Positions 41,026-53,000 of a DNA stretch of 64,000 bases are shown here, one piece after another. Location: NCBI RefSeq assembly GCF_000150275.1, contig NW_002060953.1, forward strand, positions 779,693 through 843,692. Direction: 5' to 3'. The position numbers and the translations under genes were made by a program. Source of the stretch: Trichoplax adhaerens (taxonomy: Eukaryota; Animalia; Placozoa). The notes under the pieces were generated by a model. That model worked only from the letters and a program-made list of their open reading frames with translations. It was not told the DNA's origin and searched no databases. How positions within the stretch are numbered: position 1 is the first letter of the stretch; each line of letters opens with the position of its first letter.

Positions 41026-44000
41026 ATGATTCGTACTTCAGTATCATGGACTACTAAAATATTATATATAGTATTATTTCTGAGTTACACTATGCTATTT
41101 AGTGATGCTACTTTTACGAAACTGAACAACTGTCCAGCAACTTGCACTTGTCGCTCAACCGAAGTGCGATGCAATTCTCTTACCTCTTCTGTCCATTCTG
41201 TTTTAAAACCAGGATTGCAACAACTGTGAGTAACAACTGGTAATACCTTTTAGTTTTAACACTTTGTAGAATATGTTCGATGATGGAATGTGATAACGAT
41301 TAAAAATCTTAAAATGACATTACTGATGGCTAGTATAATTCACGTGCTCACAGTCTCTTATTGTCGATATTTCAATAAATCAAGTTTCAATAATCTTATA
41401 CTAGGCCTAAATTGTGGCTTGAAAAGACATGTGCCATCATTTTTTGTAACAGTTATGCACGTAAACAGGAATGATTTAGGCAGGAAAACTTGTATGATTT
41501 AAGTATCTTTACAATTACTAGAACTTTTACTTGTATCAATGTGCTCTATATCTCAAATTAATGTGAGAATGACAAAGATGTCCTGAGATCAGACTATCAC
41601 AATATTATCAGTTTTATATGAAGATCTGTTAGCAAATGTATTTACTCACCACGAAAGCTAAGAGTAACGGACATTGAAATTGCTTCAAAGTTTGGAGTGA
41701 TTAGCGGTTGTGCGAACATTGCATAATTAATCTTAATACGAGATATATAGAGGTACAAGGAAAAAAGTACCATACTAGACATAGGAGAGTGCAAACAAAT
41801 TTTATGTCATAAAAATCATTCCTACAAAAGAAATTGGCACTTTGAGGCAACTTGATTTGCATACTAATGTAACTAAATTACTAGTGAAATTAAATGAATT
41901 ACAAGCATGACTGATTTTAATATATTATAAAGTATAGAGCTCTAATGCTAGCCCTAGATTTAATCCAGACATTAAAACTAAAAATTTCTAGGACATATCA
42001 TACAGCTGTCTTGATAATCAAGTACATATATATATAGAATGAAATATATTTAAGCAGATTAGTTAGGTTTGAAACGTTGCCATAATTCATACTATCCGTG
42101 TAGAGTTTTCCATCAAGGTTTGAAGTGCGACAGTGATGGTGCACGTGAAATATTTGCCTTGGCCAATTTTCATGACGTTTCATTAATCGGCCACTGCAGT
42201 CAACCAGAACGCATGGCAGGTTTTAAATTGCGCGATGCAATGAATCTGCTAATCGAAGGTAAATTAATTAGGAATTGAAAGCTAGGTTTCATTAAAACTT
42301 AATGACTTGCAATGTCAAAGGTTATCTTTTTGATGCTATTTTATCTAAGAATTATCTGTATTTACTGTTAATAGCGTATATCATGATAGCATCACGCTAA
42401 TACTATACGGTATCAGCATGATACATAACCTTTCCTTTTAGACCGATAAATCGAAACTAACGAGTACGAAAATTATTTATTTTAGATCCTAGCTTGAAAT
42501 TTAAAGCTCTAACTAGAAAGCATTTATATCTAGAATTACGATTTATTAAGCTATCAGTGTAAATTAAAATCAATTAAATATTACGATTTACATTTTACTT
42601 CGCAGGTAAAGCCTTTAGTAGATATTTATAATGCATACACATACTAGATTATTATGTTATTCTGTTATAATACGTTGAGATTTCATAGTTTTGTAAATCT
42701 GAAAACAAATGTAGAATATAACTCCGTATTTTATTCTATATTGTACTGTAGACATAGCGTTAGCTACGATAGTATTAGCATTTATTTATGTGTAAAATAT
42801 GAGACAGATAATGCATATTTCGCAGGCAGCCGTCCGATGAAAAGAAGCATCCCATCCTTAGCAAGCACAGATCTGATTGATGGTATGTCTACGAAATATG
42901 ATTAATCGATTATTTATTTATATCATAAGTAACTTTCCGTAACGTCGTGAGAGAATTTTATTTCTTAATTATGTATTTATTATAAGCCTGATGTTACTGT
43001 TGTATACCAAGAAAGTGTCAAGGATACTTTTCAACAAACTGATTGAATGTTACTTTTTAGTTCCACCCGTCAGTTCAATATTTTGCACATTTGAAAAGGA
43101 TATGTGCAATTTTCAACAAGCGTATGGAACAGACTTTAGAGAATGGTATCGCACTAGAGCTGGCCGAAGCATTGGCCCAGGAGTTACAATCACTGATCAT
43201 ACAACTAAATCAAGTAAGCTAATCCTTAAACTATAGTGTAATTTAAATCTTGTACATGCTCTTATTGAAGAAATTAGATATTATAAGATTTAAAATATTC
43301 AATAAAGTCAGTTTAGTTTAAGGTGGGTAATTTAACAGTTATATAAATTCAATATCGATACCAAGGGGATATTTTCTATAGTAAGGTACTAGCATTAATT
43401 GATTGCTAATTTATAAAAATTATTATACTATAGTTCACGGCCATTATATGTTGTTCGATGCCATTGGTATCGTTCGCGAAGAAACGATACGGTATGCTGA
43501 TTTAATTAGTCCGCCTATGCTAGCCGTGGGTACTTTTAATTTTGTTGAGGTTAGGTCAATAAAAATTAGCGACATTACAAGGCTAAATATCGCATTCCAT
43601 TTTCAACTATTTCAAGATGATTGATTAAACAATAATTTTCAGGTCACAATGTCCCTTCTTGCCTATGGTACGCCAGCTGGTAAAATTGAAGTCTATGTAC
43701 TTTACCCTAAGATGACTGCTACACGATATTTGGTAAATTCGATAAGACCAGCATCGAGTAACAACTGGGGAAATTCAAGATTTCGATTTAGAGCAAAATA
43801 TTCTTATTATCGTGTAAGTGATCAATATGAGATTAAGCATTGTGAGGTTTAAAGCAGAGAAATATGTTAACAAGTGAAATGATATCCCCTTGAAATGTTT
43901 AATAGAATAATGGATTTCATACTTAGTGTACTACTACTTAGAATAGATATTTTGCACAATTGCTATTACTTTTTTTGTATTGATAGGAGACTCTAACTAA

Positions 44001-47000
44001 CCATGCTATCGAAGTTTATAGTTATCAAACTATTCATTATTTATTAACAGATAATGATTCGTGGATATTGTGGCAAGACTTCAAATAATGAAATCCTAAT
44101 CGATGATATTGATATAAGATCACCTAGTAAGTTGCCATATATATCGTGCAGCAAGAATTGATTGATTGCTTCAATGATTTCTGTATCAACCGCGTGCTAG
44201 CATAATATTGGCCAATTGATGCTTAAGTAATGATACACTGTAGAATTTTATGACTGATAATTAATCCTACAAGCCTCAAGTTTTGGTAATTTTACTATGG
44301 CACTAGGTGCAAACTGTAGAATAGGCAATGGCCAGTACTACCGCGGACCTCGCTATTTCTCAGAAAATGGTACACGTTGTCAACCTTGGTCACTTAATGG
44401 CTCATATAATCCTACAGGGTATCGCTACTCGGATTTAATATCGAACTATTGCCGTAATCCTGTTGGAGCTCGATCTAGACCGTGGTGTTATGGGAATACT
44501 GCGCGATACCAGTATGTAATAAAACCCTTCAAACTGCACAGTATCCATTTGGAGGTAAGACATATCTAAGTTATTATTGTTAAACTGAAAGTTATAATAT
44601 TATTGAGTAACTCAAAGAGTATCTATTTATTTTTATTGCTTTTAAGTTTTTGACTCTATGTGCGATATGAATATCAGGTTATTAGCGCTAAGTTTAAGTT
44701 TAATATAATGTATAAAGTAACGATAACTCAAAGAGAACCTACTTATTTTTATTGTATTTAAATTTTAAACTTTATATACTATAATATTAATATATTGATG
44801 TCACTCACAGGAGTAATACCACTGTCTACTCTCTTCTAATGTGAGTGATCAACTAACTTATCAGCTACTTAGTCACTCCAACTAACTATGGAGAGATACT
44901 GTAAGTAAGACTAACAACTTCCTCACAAGTATAATAAGCGGCTTGTTGTAAGATTAGCGTTATGAGTTTTACTTCTATTCATACAACGAAAGTATAGTAC
45001 CTTGTCGTACACTAGAGAAGTATCAACTGAGCGATATATTTTCTGCTTGAGCTTATATACAGTCGCCACATGTAGGTGGTGCAAAGTAGAGAAACACATA
45101 TAATACAATTTACTCACTTAGTATGAGAAACACGATGACTAGTATCGTAACACTTGGTTATTATTGCTAAATTTAAGCTTAATATTAGTGATAGAGCAGT
45201 TCAAAGAGAGCTCATTAATTTTTATTGTATGGAAATTACAAACTCTGTNNNNNNNNNNNNNNNNNNNNNNNNNNNNNNNNNNNNNNNNNNNNNNNNNNCA
45301 ACTCTGTTAGAGTCTAGATTAAGATTTAGTTATTCATTTCACATATCATTTGTATTCATCGTTATGCTATTCTAGCAAAGTATCCACTAAAAGTCATAAG
45401 TACTGGAGGAAGTCCTTACGGTGGTCGTCTGGCTATTTACTATAATGGCACTTGGGGTACGGTTTGCAGGCAAGGGTTATCATCGATTACTATTAAAGCA
45501 ATGTGTAAACAATTAGGTCTAGGATCTACTGGTTATCTATCTACGGGTAAAAAACATTGCTACGATATCAATAAGATTCTATGAATTAATTAATTAAGAT
45601 AGAAATCGCATTTTTCCAAGAATAAAAAGTACGATAAGCTATACTAAGCTACTTCAACTTGATTTATAATAATTATAAATTTTATGTAAAAGCCAAGATA
45701 CTCCCTTATGCTGACACACGAATTTGGATTTCTGGCAATAATATCACCTGCCCAGCGATTGGGACATCTCTAGAGCCATGTAGCTTAGATAATTGGGGTG
45801 AGATCGGCTCTTGCACACATGCTGATGATGCTTTTATAAATTGTTTCAAGAATCCTTCATTTCAGCCACCGCTATCAGGTTAGCGATGCTTAAAAAGTTC
45901 TAATAGTAAATAAAATGAAATTAATGCTACTTCGGAATTTTTCAAGTATATTATTCTGATATAGACTTATTCCTATATCGTTAATTTAGCAATAGGGGTA
46001 CTGATTGCACCATTTGTCCGGGAAATAAGAAAATATGACGTTCTATCTGCCAATACTCTATCGATTAGGAATGGACTGAACTCCACTAGTGGATATCTGA
46101 ATATGAATATAAATGGTACAAACGGAACAATTTGTTCCATAAATTGGAACATGAACAGTGCAAATGTTGCTTGTCGGCAATTAGGCTATCTAGGAGCTAT
46201 CACTTCTAATGGTAAAGAAGGCGACATTGTATAAATTTACACCAGTTCTGTTTTGTGCTGTGTATTTAATTAAATCCTACAAAAGAGTTAGAAACTATTG
46301 CTGATAATCATTGAAATTAATAGCTAGAATTAAAATCAACTACGAAATGATTTATACGATATTATTTATTTGAATCTAGCTTCACATAATGTTCCTTCGG
46401 ATATTCGAACATGGATAAACTACATCGATTGCTCAGGTTTTGAAAGCAATCTTCGAGAATGTCGAATTCGCTATTCAAGTCGAAGTACTCCTTGTCCTAG
46501 TGCCAATGTCTCATCTCTTACTTGTATTCCGAAGCCATCAAAATATGGTACCTTAACTGCCGTTAGCTTTTATCAATTTCTAAATTTTTTTTTCATCTTT
46601 ATTTATTTCCCATTTTGGTAAATATTACGCACCGAGCAGATTATCGTTCCGGCCATGAGCCAGATAGATGCTTTTTTAGCTATGGCTTATGTGGTTGGGA
46701 GAATGCTGGTAAAAGAATGTGGATTTGGGATGGGAGAAGTCGTTTTTTCCATAGTCCAGTCTATCCACGTAAGATTATTAATATGATATTTTTGCAATTA
46801 CGATCATGCATTAATTGCCAAATAATTTTTATGATATGATATATCATAGCTATCAGTGAAGCCTATGCATACGTATACATAAGCCAGTATGATACAACAC
46901 CTTCGAAAGCAGTATTAAGAAGTCCTCTACTACGCAGTATAGCTAATGTCCGACAAGCTGAAAGAAAATGACAACTTAATGTATTATAGTAATTCTGTTA

Positions 47001-47739
47001 CGTTTTTAATCTCTAATAATAGTTCAGGCCTTAATATATGCCATGATATTGTACGTATATTAGATGAGGATCCGCTACTACCTCGCAACCGATCATATTA
47101 CAGGCTTTTATGCACAATATAGAAGTATGAATACACAGCGTACGAGCTTTATTGACAACTTCCCCATAAGTTTCAGTATACAAGAAAACTGGGACGGTTA
47201 TACCACAACTTTGTTCAATGCTAATGGCACTTTTAAGGTGCAAAATCAATTATTCAAGAGTCCATTTATTTAGAAAATTTTACTAGTTAATAAATAGGCT
47301 GTTTAAAAGTCATCAATTTCAATTTTACAGTTTTATTTAAATGTATTATCATTATAGATAGAATTAGTCGTTGATTTCCAGATGGAGAATACTCCAGCAT
47401 TGACAAGAAATTTAATCGCGGTGGAAAGTTTGATAGTTGCTGGCGTAACCTATGGTATGAATCTAATTATAATCATCATACAGGCGTGTTGTTAACTGAC
47501 GTGATTATAGCCAACGATAACTATCATTTTAGGTGGATGGTAGTACTATAGTATTAGCTTACAGTCTATAAGATAATTTACAATTACTAATCTTATTCCC
47601 TTCGATTAATATTCTAGATCATCCATTGTCAGGCGGTGCTATTGCTGGTATCGTAGTGGGTTCAATTGTTGTCGTTATCTTAATTGTTATTGTAGCTAAA
47701 TACTTTGCAAATGGAGGTATTAAAAAGCAAGGAAAATAA
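41026..47739 (+). CDS. Mosaic type-I membrane protein: SP-LRRNT-LRRCT(reduced)-MAM-kringle-[gap]-SRCR-SRCR-MAM-TM
   Basis: Exons encode CPATCTCRSTEVRC; LKCDSD...HCSQPERMAGFKL; MAM (FCTFEKDMCNF...DHTT...GHYM...LISP...ILIDDIDI); kringle (CRIGNGQYYRG...CQPW...NYCRNP...PWCY); SRCR1 (GRLAIYYNGTWGTVC...MCKQLG...CTHADDAFINC); SRCR2 (NGTICSINWNMNSANVACRQLGY...IDCSGFESNLREC); MAM2 (CFFSYGLCGWEN); TM (LSGGAIAGIVVGSIVVVILIVIVA). The end of the kringle and the exact 3' end are uncertain; an extra exon could extend to ~47890. Confidence 0.85.
45249..45298. other. Assembly gap (50 N) inside the mosaic receptor gene
   Basis: Run of N; both flanks carry aactctgt. Confidence 0.99.
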
Positions 47740-50076
47740 CTATGAAAGAAGCTGAAGATGTTCTTGTTCAAATGCTATAATGGTTCTCACTGTAGATTTT
47801 ATTCAATTTAATGGCTGTAGATGGCCAGTCAGATTAGTATTTACCAATAGATCTTGCTTCAAGTATGTAGTAGAGCTTATCACAACTTAAATTGTATCTT
47901 TAACAGATTTGGAAAATGCTGCTATTCATAATTAATGTAGTGAATAATATTTTAGAGCAAAGAAATTTTTATGTTTTCGTAACGAGTTACTGAAACCACC
48001 TGAGCATTCTTTAGCACATTTTAGAAGTGAAAAGAAATAAAACTTAAAAAACGTTACTCGTGTATAGTCTTCCTAAATATGTCTTATATCTATGTTGCCC
48101 AATAATAGACTACATCAATGATTTAGCTATCATAAAAAGATAGCATAATATCCCAGTTTCTGAGTTTATTGACTTGGTAATATATTAAGTCCAACACTGG
48201 TTGCTTTTGTACTGCGTTTTAGCTGTTTAGACTTCATTTGGCTGAAATTCTGACGCGATAAAGCACTCGAGCTTGACTAGCAATATTTAAAACATACGCG
48301 TAGTTTATCTCATAATGCAAGTCAATTTCTGAGGAGTAATAAGATTTTAGTTTGTTTAATTAGACTATTCAATAAGAATTTGAAATGAACTGGAGATGAT
48401 GTAATAAAATTACTCCTAGGATCATATCTCGTATATGTAAAGCATTACTATGTGCAACTTAAACGTGTATTGATTTCAGGATGATAATTACTTCATATTT
48501 ACTCACGGCAATCTTCAATTATAATTATTAATAGTTACAGCAATAACAAGTGGTTCACAATTCAAACCATTTAAGAATCATTCTTTATTTAGATATCATG
48601 AATACAGTTATATACTCATCTTGTCTGTAGAATCTGTCTGTAGAATCAAAAGGAGTGAATTCTCGTTGATTTCGGGGTATACTCGAAGTCAAACACAGCA
48701 ATAGTTACGTATTTATATGGCGCGTTGACGCAAAAAATTATAGAATAGTTATAATTTATATTTTTGCAATTATCTATGGTGTTATATTGCAGGAGCATAG
48801 TCTGCAAATATGATGATACTGATATTCAGTTAGATTTGATAAATTGTTCAATTACGCAAAAATAGGCTACTTTATTACTTTTTAAGATTGTAAAACCAAT
48901 TATAGTAAGGATTGTTTTATGCTATGTAATCAGTCGTTAATTAAGTTATACAAATAAAATTTTTATTTTATGCCACTAGAGTTTTCAAACTTAGATGGAT
49001 ACTATTGAAACTGAAGGTAATATTGCAACTCAAATGTACTTAATTAGGCGATTTCTTTGGTCTCAGTTATCTTGTGATATATAATGAGCCTGCTACAGGA
49101 CTGTATCTATGTTTATTTCTTCTTGTTCATGACAGTTAAGTGGTTCTTCGATTTTATAGCTAACGATTGAGCGTGAAATACCAAAGGATTGAAAGAGTTT
49201 GGCTATGTAACAGTACGCTATTGGTAGATTGTAATTTTACCAATTGATATGGCAACTAGTCTCACTAGTGTCCAATAATCATATCGGATTAATACCGCAT
49301 ATACTGTTGTATTGCGAGCAATATTATTGTCGATTATTTAGATTTGCCGTAAAGTTATACCGGATAAATTTATGGCGAAAACTACGTCTGCTGTAAGTAA
49401 AGATAATATAATGACCATGGCTACAGTCTTGAATTAATTACATCATAATGATAGCGTCACGATACTTTCTTTTTTAAACTATAAGTAGTTTAAAAAAAAG
49501 TGACAAACTATTGCTATGATATCCTCTATTTTGAAATAAAAGAAATTTACAAGTCGATAGAGATTCCATGCAGTCAATTTATATAGTCATAATAATATTA
49601 ATTTAGTCTGTTCACTACCAATTTTGCGCAAATGGTTGAATCATCGCAGATATTAGCCATTCAATAAGAACAGCTCGGTTAAATGATCATTTTATACATT
49701 TATAATACAAGGTAAGCAACACCAAAAGGCCTTTTATTATGAAGCTAAGTGATTTGCTATTCTATTGATTATATAGTGCAGGATAGCAATCTAAAACTAA
49801 GATACATGTATACCGTCAGCGATATATATCACATAATAAGTTACACAAATTTATTATTAAAACTTAGTTGTTCCAGAGAACGCGAAATTTAATTGTGTAA
49901 TTGCTATACTACCTTTAATGACCATTAAACTAACACAGTAGATGTTTCTATAACTGATTATTGTCGAAATTGCTAATTTCGACTCCTAACAAAGTAATCC
50001 TAGCATATTCATCACGGATTTAGTGTTCAAATGCTACTGGCTTAGAACTCACAACTATTATGGCTTGATAGCTTTA

Positions 50077-53000
50077 CTATTTCTGTAACGCAGCTGTTTG
50101 AAGGCTCGCAAAGATAGTTAACACCATCTTGGGCTTGATTTCAATTAAGTCTGCAGGTAAAGCAAACACGGCTGCTCCGATTCTTCTTGCCATAGTGACA
50201 GCATACTGAGCATTTAATTGTTTCTCCATTTCTGTTTGGCCCGAATTCACAATATTGTAGTCAACTGAGCCTGGTACAATAGCATCGACTAAGTCGATAA
50301 CAGCTAGACTAGTTGAGATTGACGGGTCTTTAAAGCTCGAAATTGCTGATGTTTTTCTTGCTTTTTTCAATTTGCTGTTGACCCAGTCAATAATTTCCGA
50401 ATCGGAAATAGGCTTATCACTATGGACTAATTTTGCAAGTAAAGCAAGTGTATATTCCCGCATCATTTGCCAAACTAGTGCTAAAGATGCAGTAAAGTAA
50501 TTTGAGAAAGTTACTCAGCTTTGCCAAATATTTTAATTATACTTTTTTAAATTACAGTATAAATATTTAAAACTATGCGAATAGAATAACTGCAACAAAC
50601 ATTCATCAGATAGATATACACCTGTGACCAGTGTCTTTGTTCCGTTGAAGATATCTTCACCACCGATACCAACTAAAGAAAATTTAAGATTTTTTCCAAT
50701 TTCTACAGCGTAGTTACAATTCTCGATTTTCTTCATTTTGCCACCCATTTGCTTAAAAGGTGGACGGTTTACTTTATCCCAATTCACCACACCAGGCTTT
50801 ATTTTGTCGTATAGCTACATCAATTAAGAAGAACATAAAATGAGAGAGAGATTGATTGCTGTCGTTATTGCTCATATGTGGTCGCATAACAGTATATTTG
50901 AAATTTATATTTACCTGAAACAGTACCATTCCGTCCCTTATATCATAGTACAAATTGTTAATGAAGGGATTTACGCCTAAGCTATTCATCCAATTTCTAA
51001 AAGCTGAGAGTGTTATATATTTAGTCAAGGAAATCGAAAATATGATCTTGTGTATAAATAGAAATACTTTTTTCCTCTCTTGATTCATCATACGCCTCAA
51101 TTTCTTCATTGCTTTTTGGCACCAGAGCAGGATAATTATTGAATAAGTTGGCAACGAAGGCCAGATTTAGTTTTTGATTTCCCGCAACGACATCCTAAGT
51201 TAAGCATACATCATAGCATGTTTAAATATTTCGTTAATGAAGATATCGTGTTTATGGTGGTATAAAATTTGACACACCTTTGCTCCAATAAAGTGACGGC
51301 AACCAATTTTCTCAGCCTCAAATAATAGACACTCTGCGCGCTTAGTAAGATCCTTGGCCTATAGAATAGCAATAGGTAATTTTAATCTGAAACTTTCCGC
51401 GAAATGTTAAATTTATTCCAAGTAAGAATGATATTGTGACTAGTAAAAAGGAAGCCACGGGGATTATTACTGCAGAAAGTTACCTTCATTATATCTGATG
51501 ATGGGCAGCATTTGGAAGGAACAAGCTGATGCAATAAGACGCTATAGGCTTCTGAGTCCTATGATAAAATATCGATCAGTTATCTATTGGATTGTCGACA
51601 TAAGATAGCCTGACTTGAAAATAATTTACCTTAATATCACCGCTGAAATTATTAATACGCCTATTTGAACCAGCAGCTTTAAGGTGGTGATTAAACCAAC
51701 GCATAAGGATTTCTTCTGGTGATAACTTTAATATATCATTTAGAGTTTCGCCTTCGTGTATAACAGCAGCTATTGCAGGACAATTATTAATATTAGTTTT
51801 AGCGAAAAGACCAATCTATAAAATAGAAACAGTCATATTAGTTCATATTATGGTATATAATAGTTCTTTGATTAAGACTATTTCCTCAACTTATTGTAGT
51901 ATACCACAAGTAAAACTAGATGCCACATTAGTAATAATAATCAAGTGTATAAATCATTTAATCAAGGAATATAAATATAATATTATTAACCCTGATAATT
52001 TGCCATAAAAGACCCAAAATTAAATGCTGGCGGCCTTGCATGATATCTTGTGGTCCAATGTTAACTACAGTACAACCGATAGCTCGTGCACTATTGATAA
52101 CCAGCGTTTGATTTTCTTGCATAGTAAAAGCAGTCAATTTAGTTGTGTTAATTGCACGCTCATCCACGGTTTTGCTAGCAGATAGGTTGATTAACTTACT
52201 GCAATAATTTAATAGAAAAAACAAATCACGGTTTAATGATTGATATCCATATTGGATTTATTGGGATATTTTACAGACAATAATTGCTATTTTTTGTATA
52301 GATTAGTTAAGCTATCGTAACTTGACTAATAATTAAACAACAATCAGTTGTTTAATTACAGTATCCTAATAGTCCAAATAGAGCTGATTAAAGATACGTT
52401 TATGATTGAATCAAGAAAATTTATCGTATTCATTGACGTTTACTCGTAATGGTAATTATTCATAGCGAATTCCTTACACGTGTAAGTGTAAACATAAGCG
52501 ATATTGGAATGTTGGGCTATTGTTACTAGTAAAGAACTTACTGAAGATATTGCCCGTTCTACAATAGTATTTGATCGGTATTAACGTCCAAAATGGGACT
52601 CTACTACGCTATGAACATCGAATATATTGCAGTAAATTGGTATAGGAGGTGTTCCTCAATTTAAAATGGAACCAAATTGAGGTATAAGGATAAAATAGTC
52701 CAAAAGGACGAGAAGATTAACCAAGTTAGCTATCATTGGCTATTAATGCAAGCTATATCTATATTTCTTAACTGCATGAATGGATTATACGATACTAATT
52801 ACAGTTTTACACTTACCATAAGATGATGCCATCTTTGCAGCGTTCAAATAATTCATTTTTTCCAAGGGTATTATCAATTGGTAAATATTTAGCCAAGCTA
52901 CCATCATTTTTTAAAGACGTGTTAATCCAATTAGTAAAGCTTCGATATTCTGCGTCGGAAGAAGAATGTTTCGTACCCTGGTCATTCGCTTCAGTGGTAC

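Noticed and set aside
42595-42612. ttcgcag|gtaaag, an acceptor fused to a donor (recursive-splice-like)
   Set aside because: The host intron is only ~570 nt and AGGT arises by chance; nothing else supports it.
47863-47906. Extra splice giving the mosaic receptor a ...FGKCCYS* lipidation-like end
   Set aside because: It needs a 44-nt intron, shorter than any other intron I modelled here.
49470-49497. Short hairpins with T/A tails (also ~12333-12358) resembling intrinsic terminators
   Set aside because: Low-complexity arms of 10-12 bp in eukaryotic AT-rich DNA; expected by chance.
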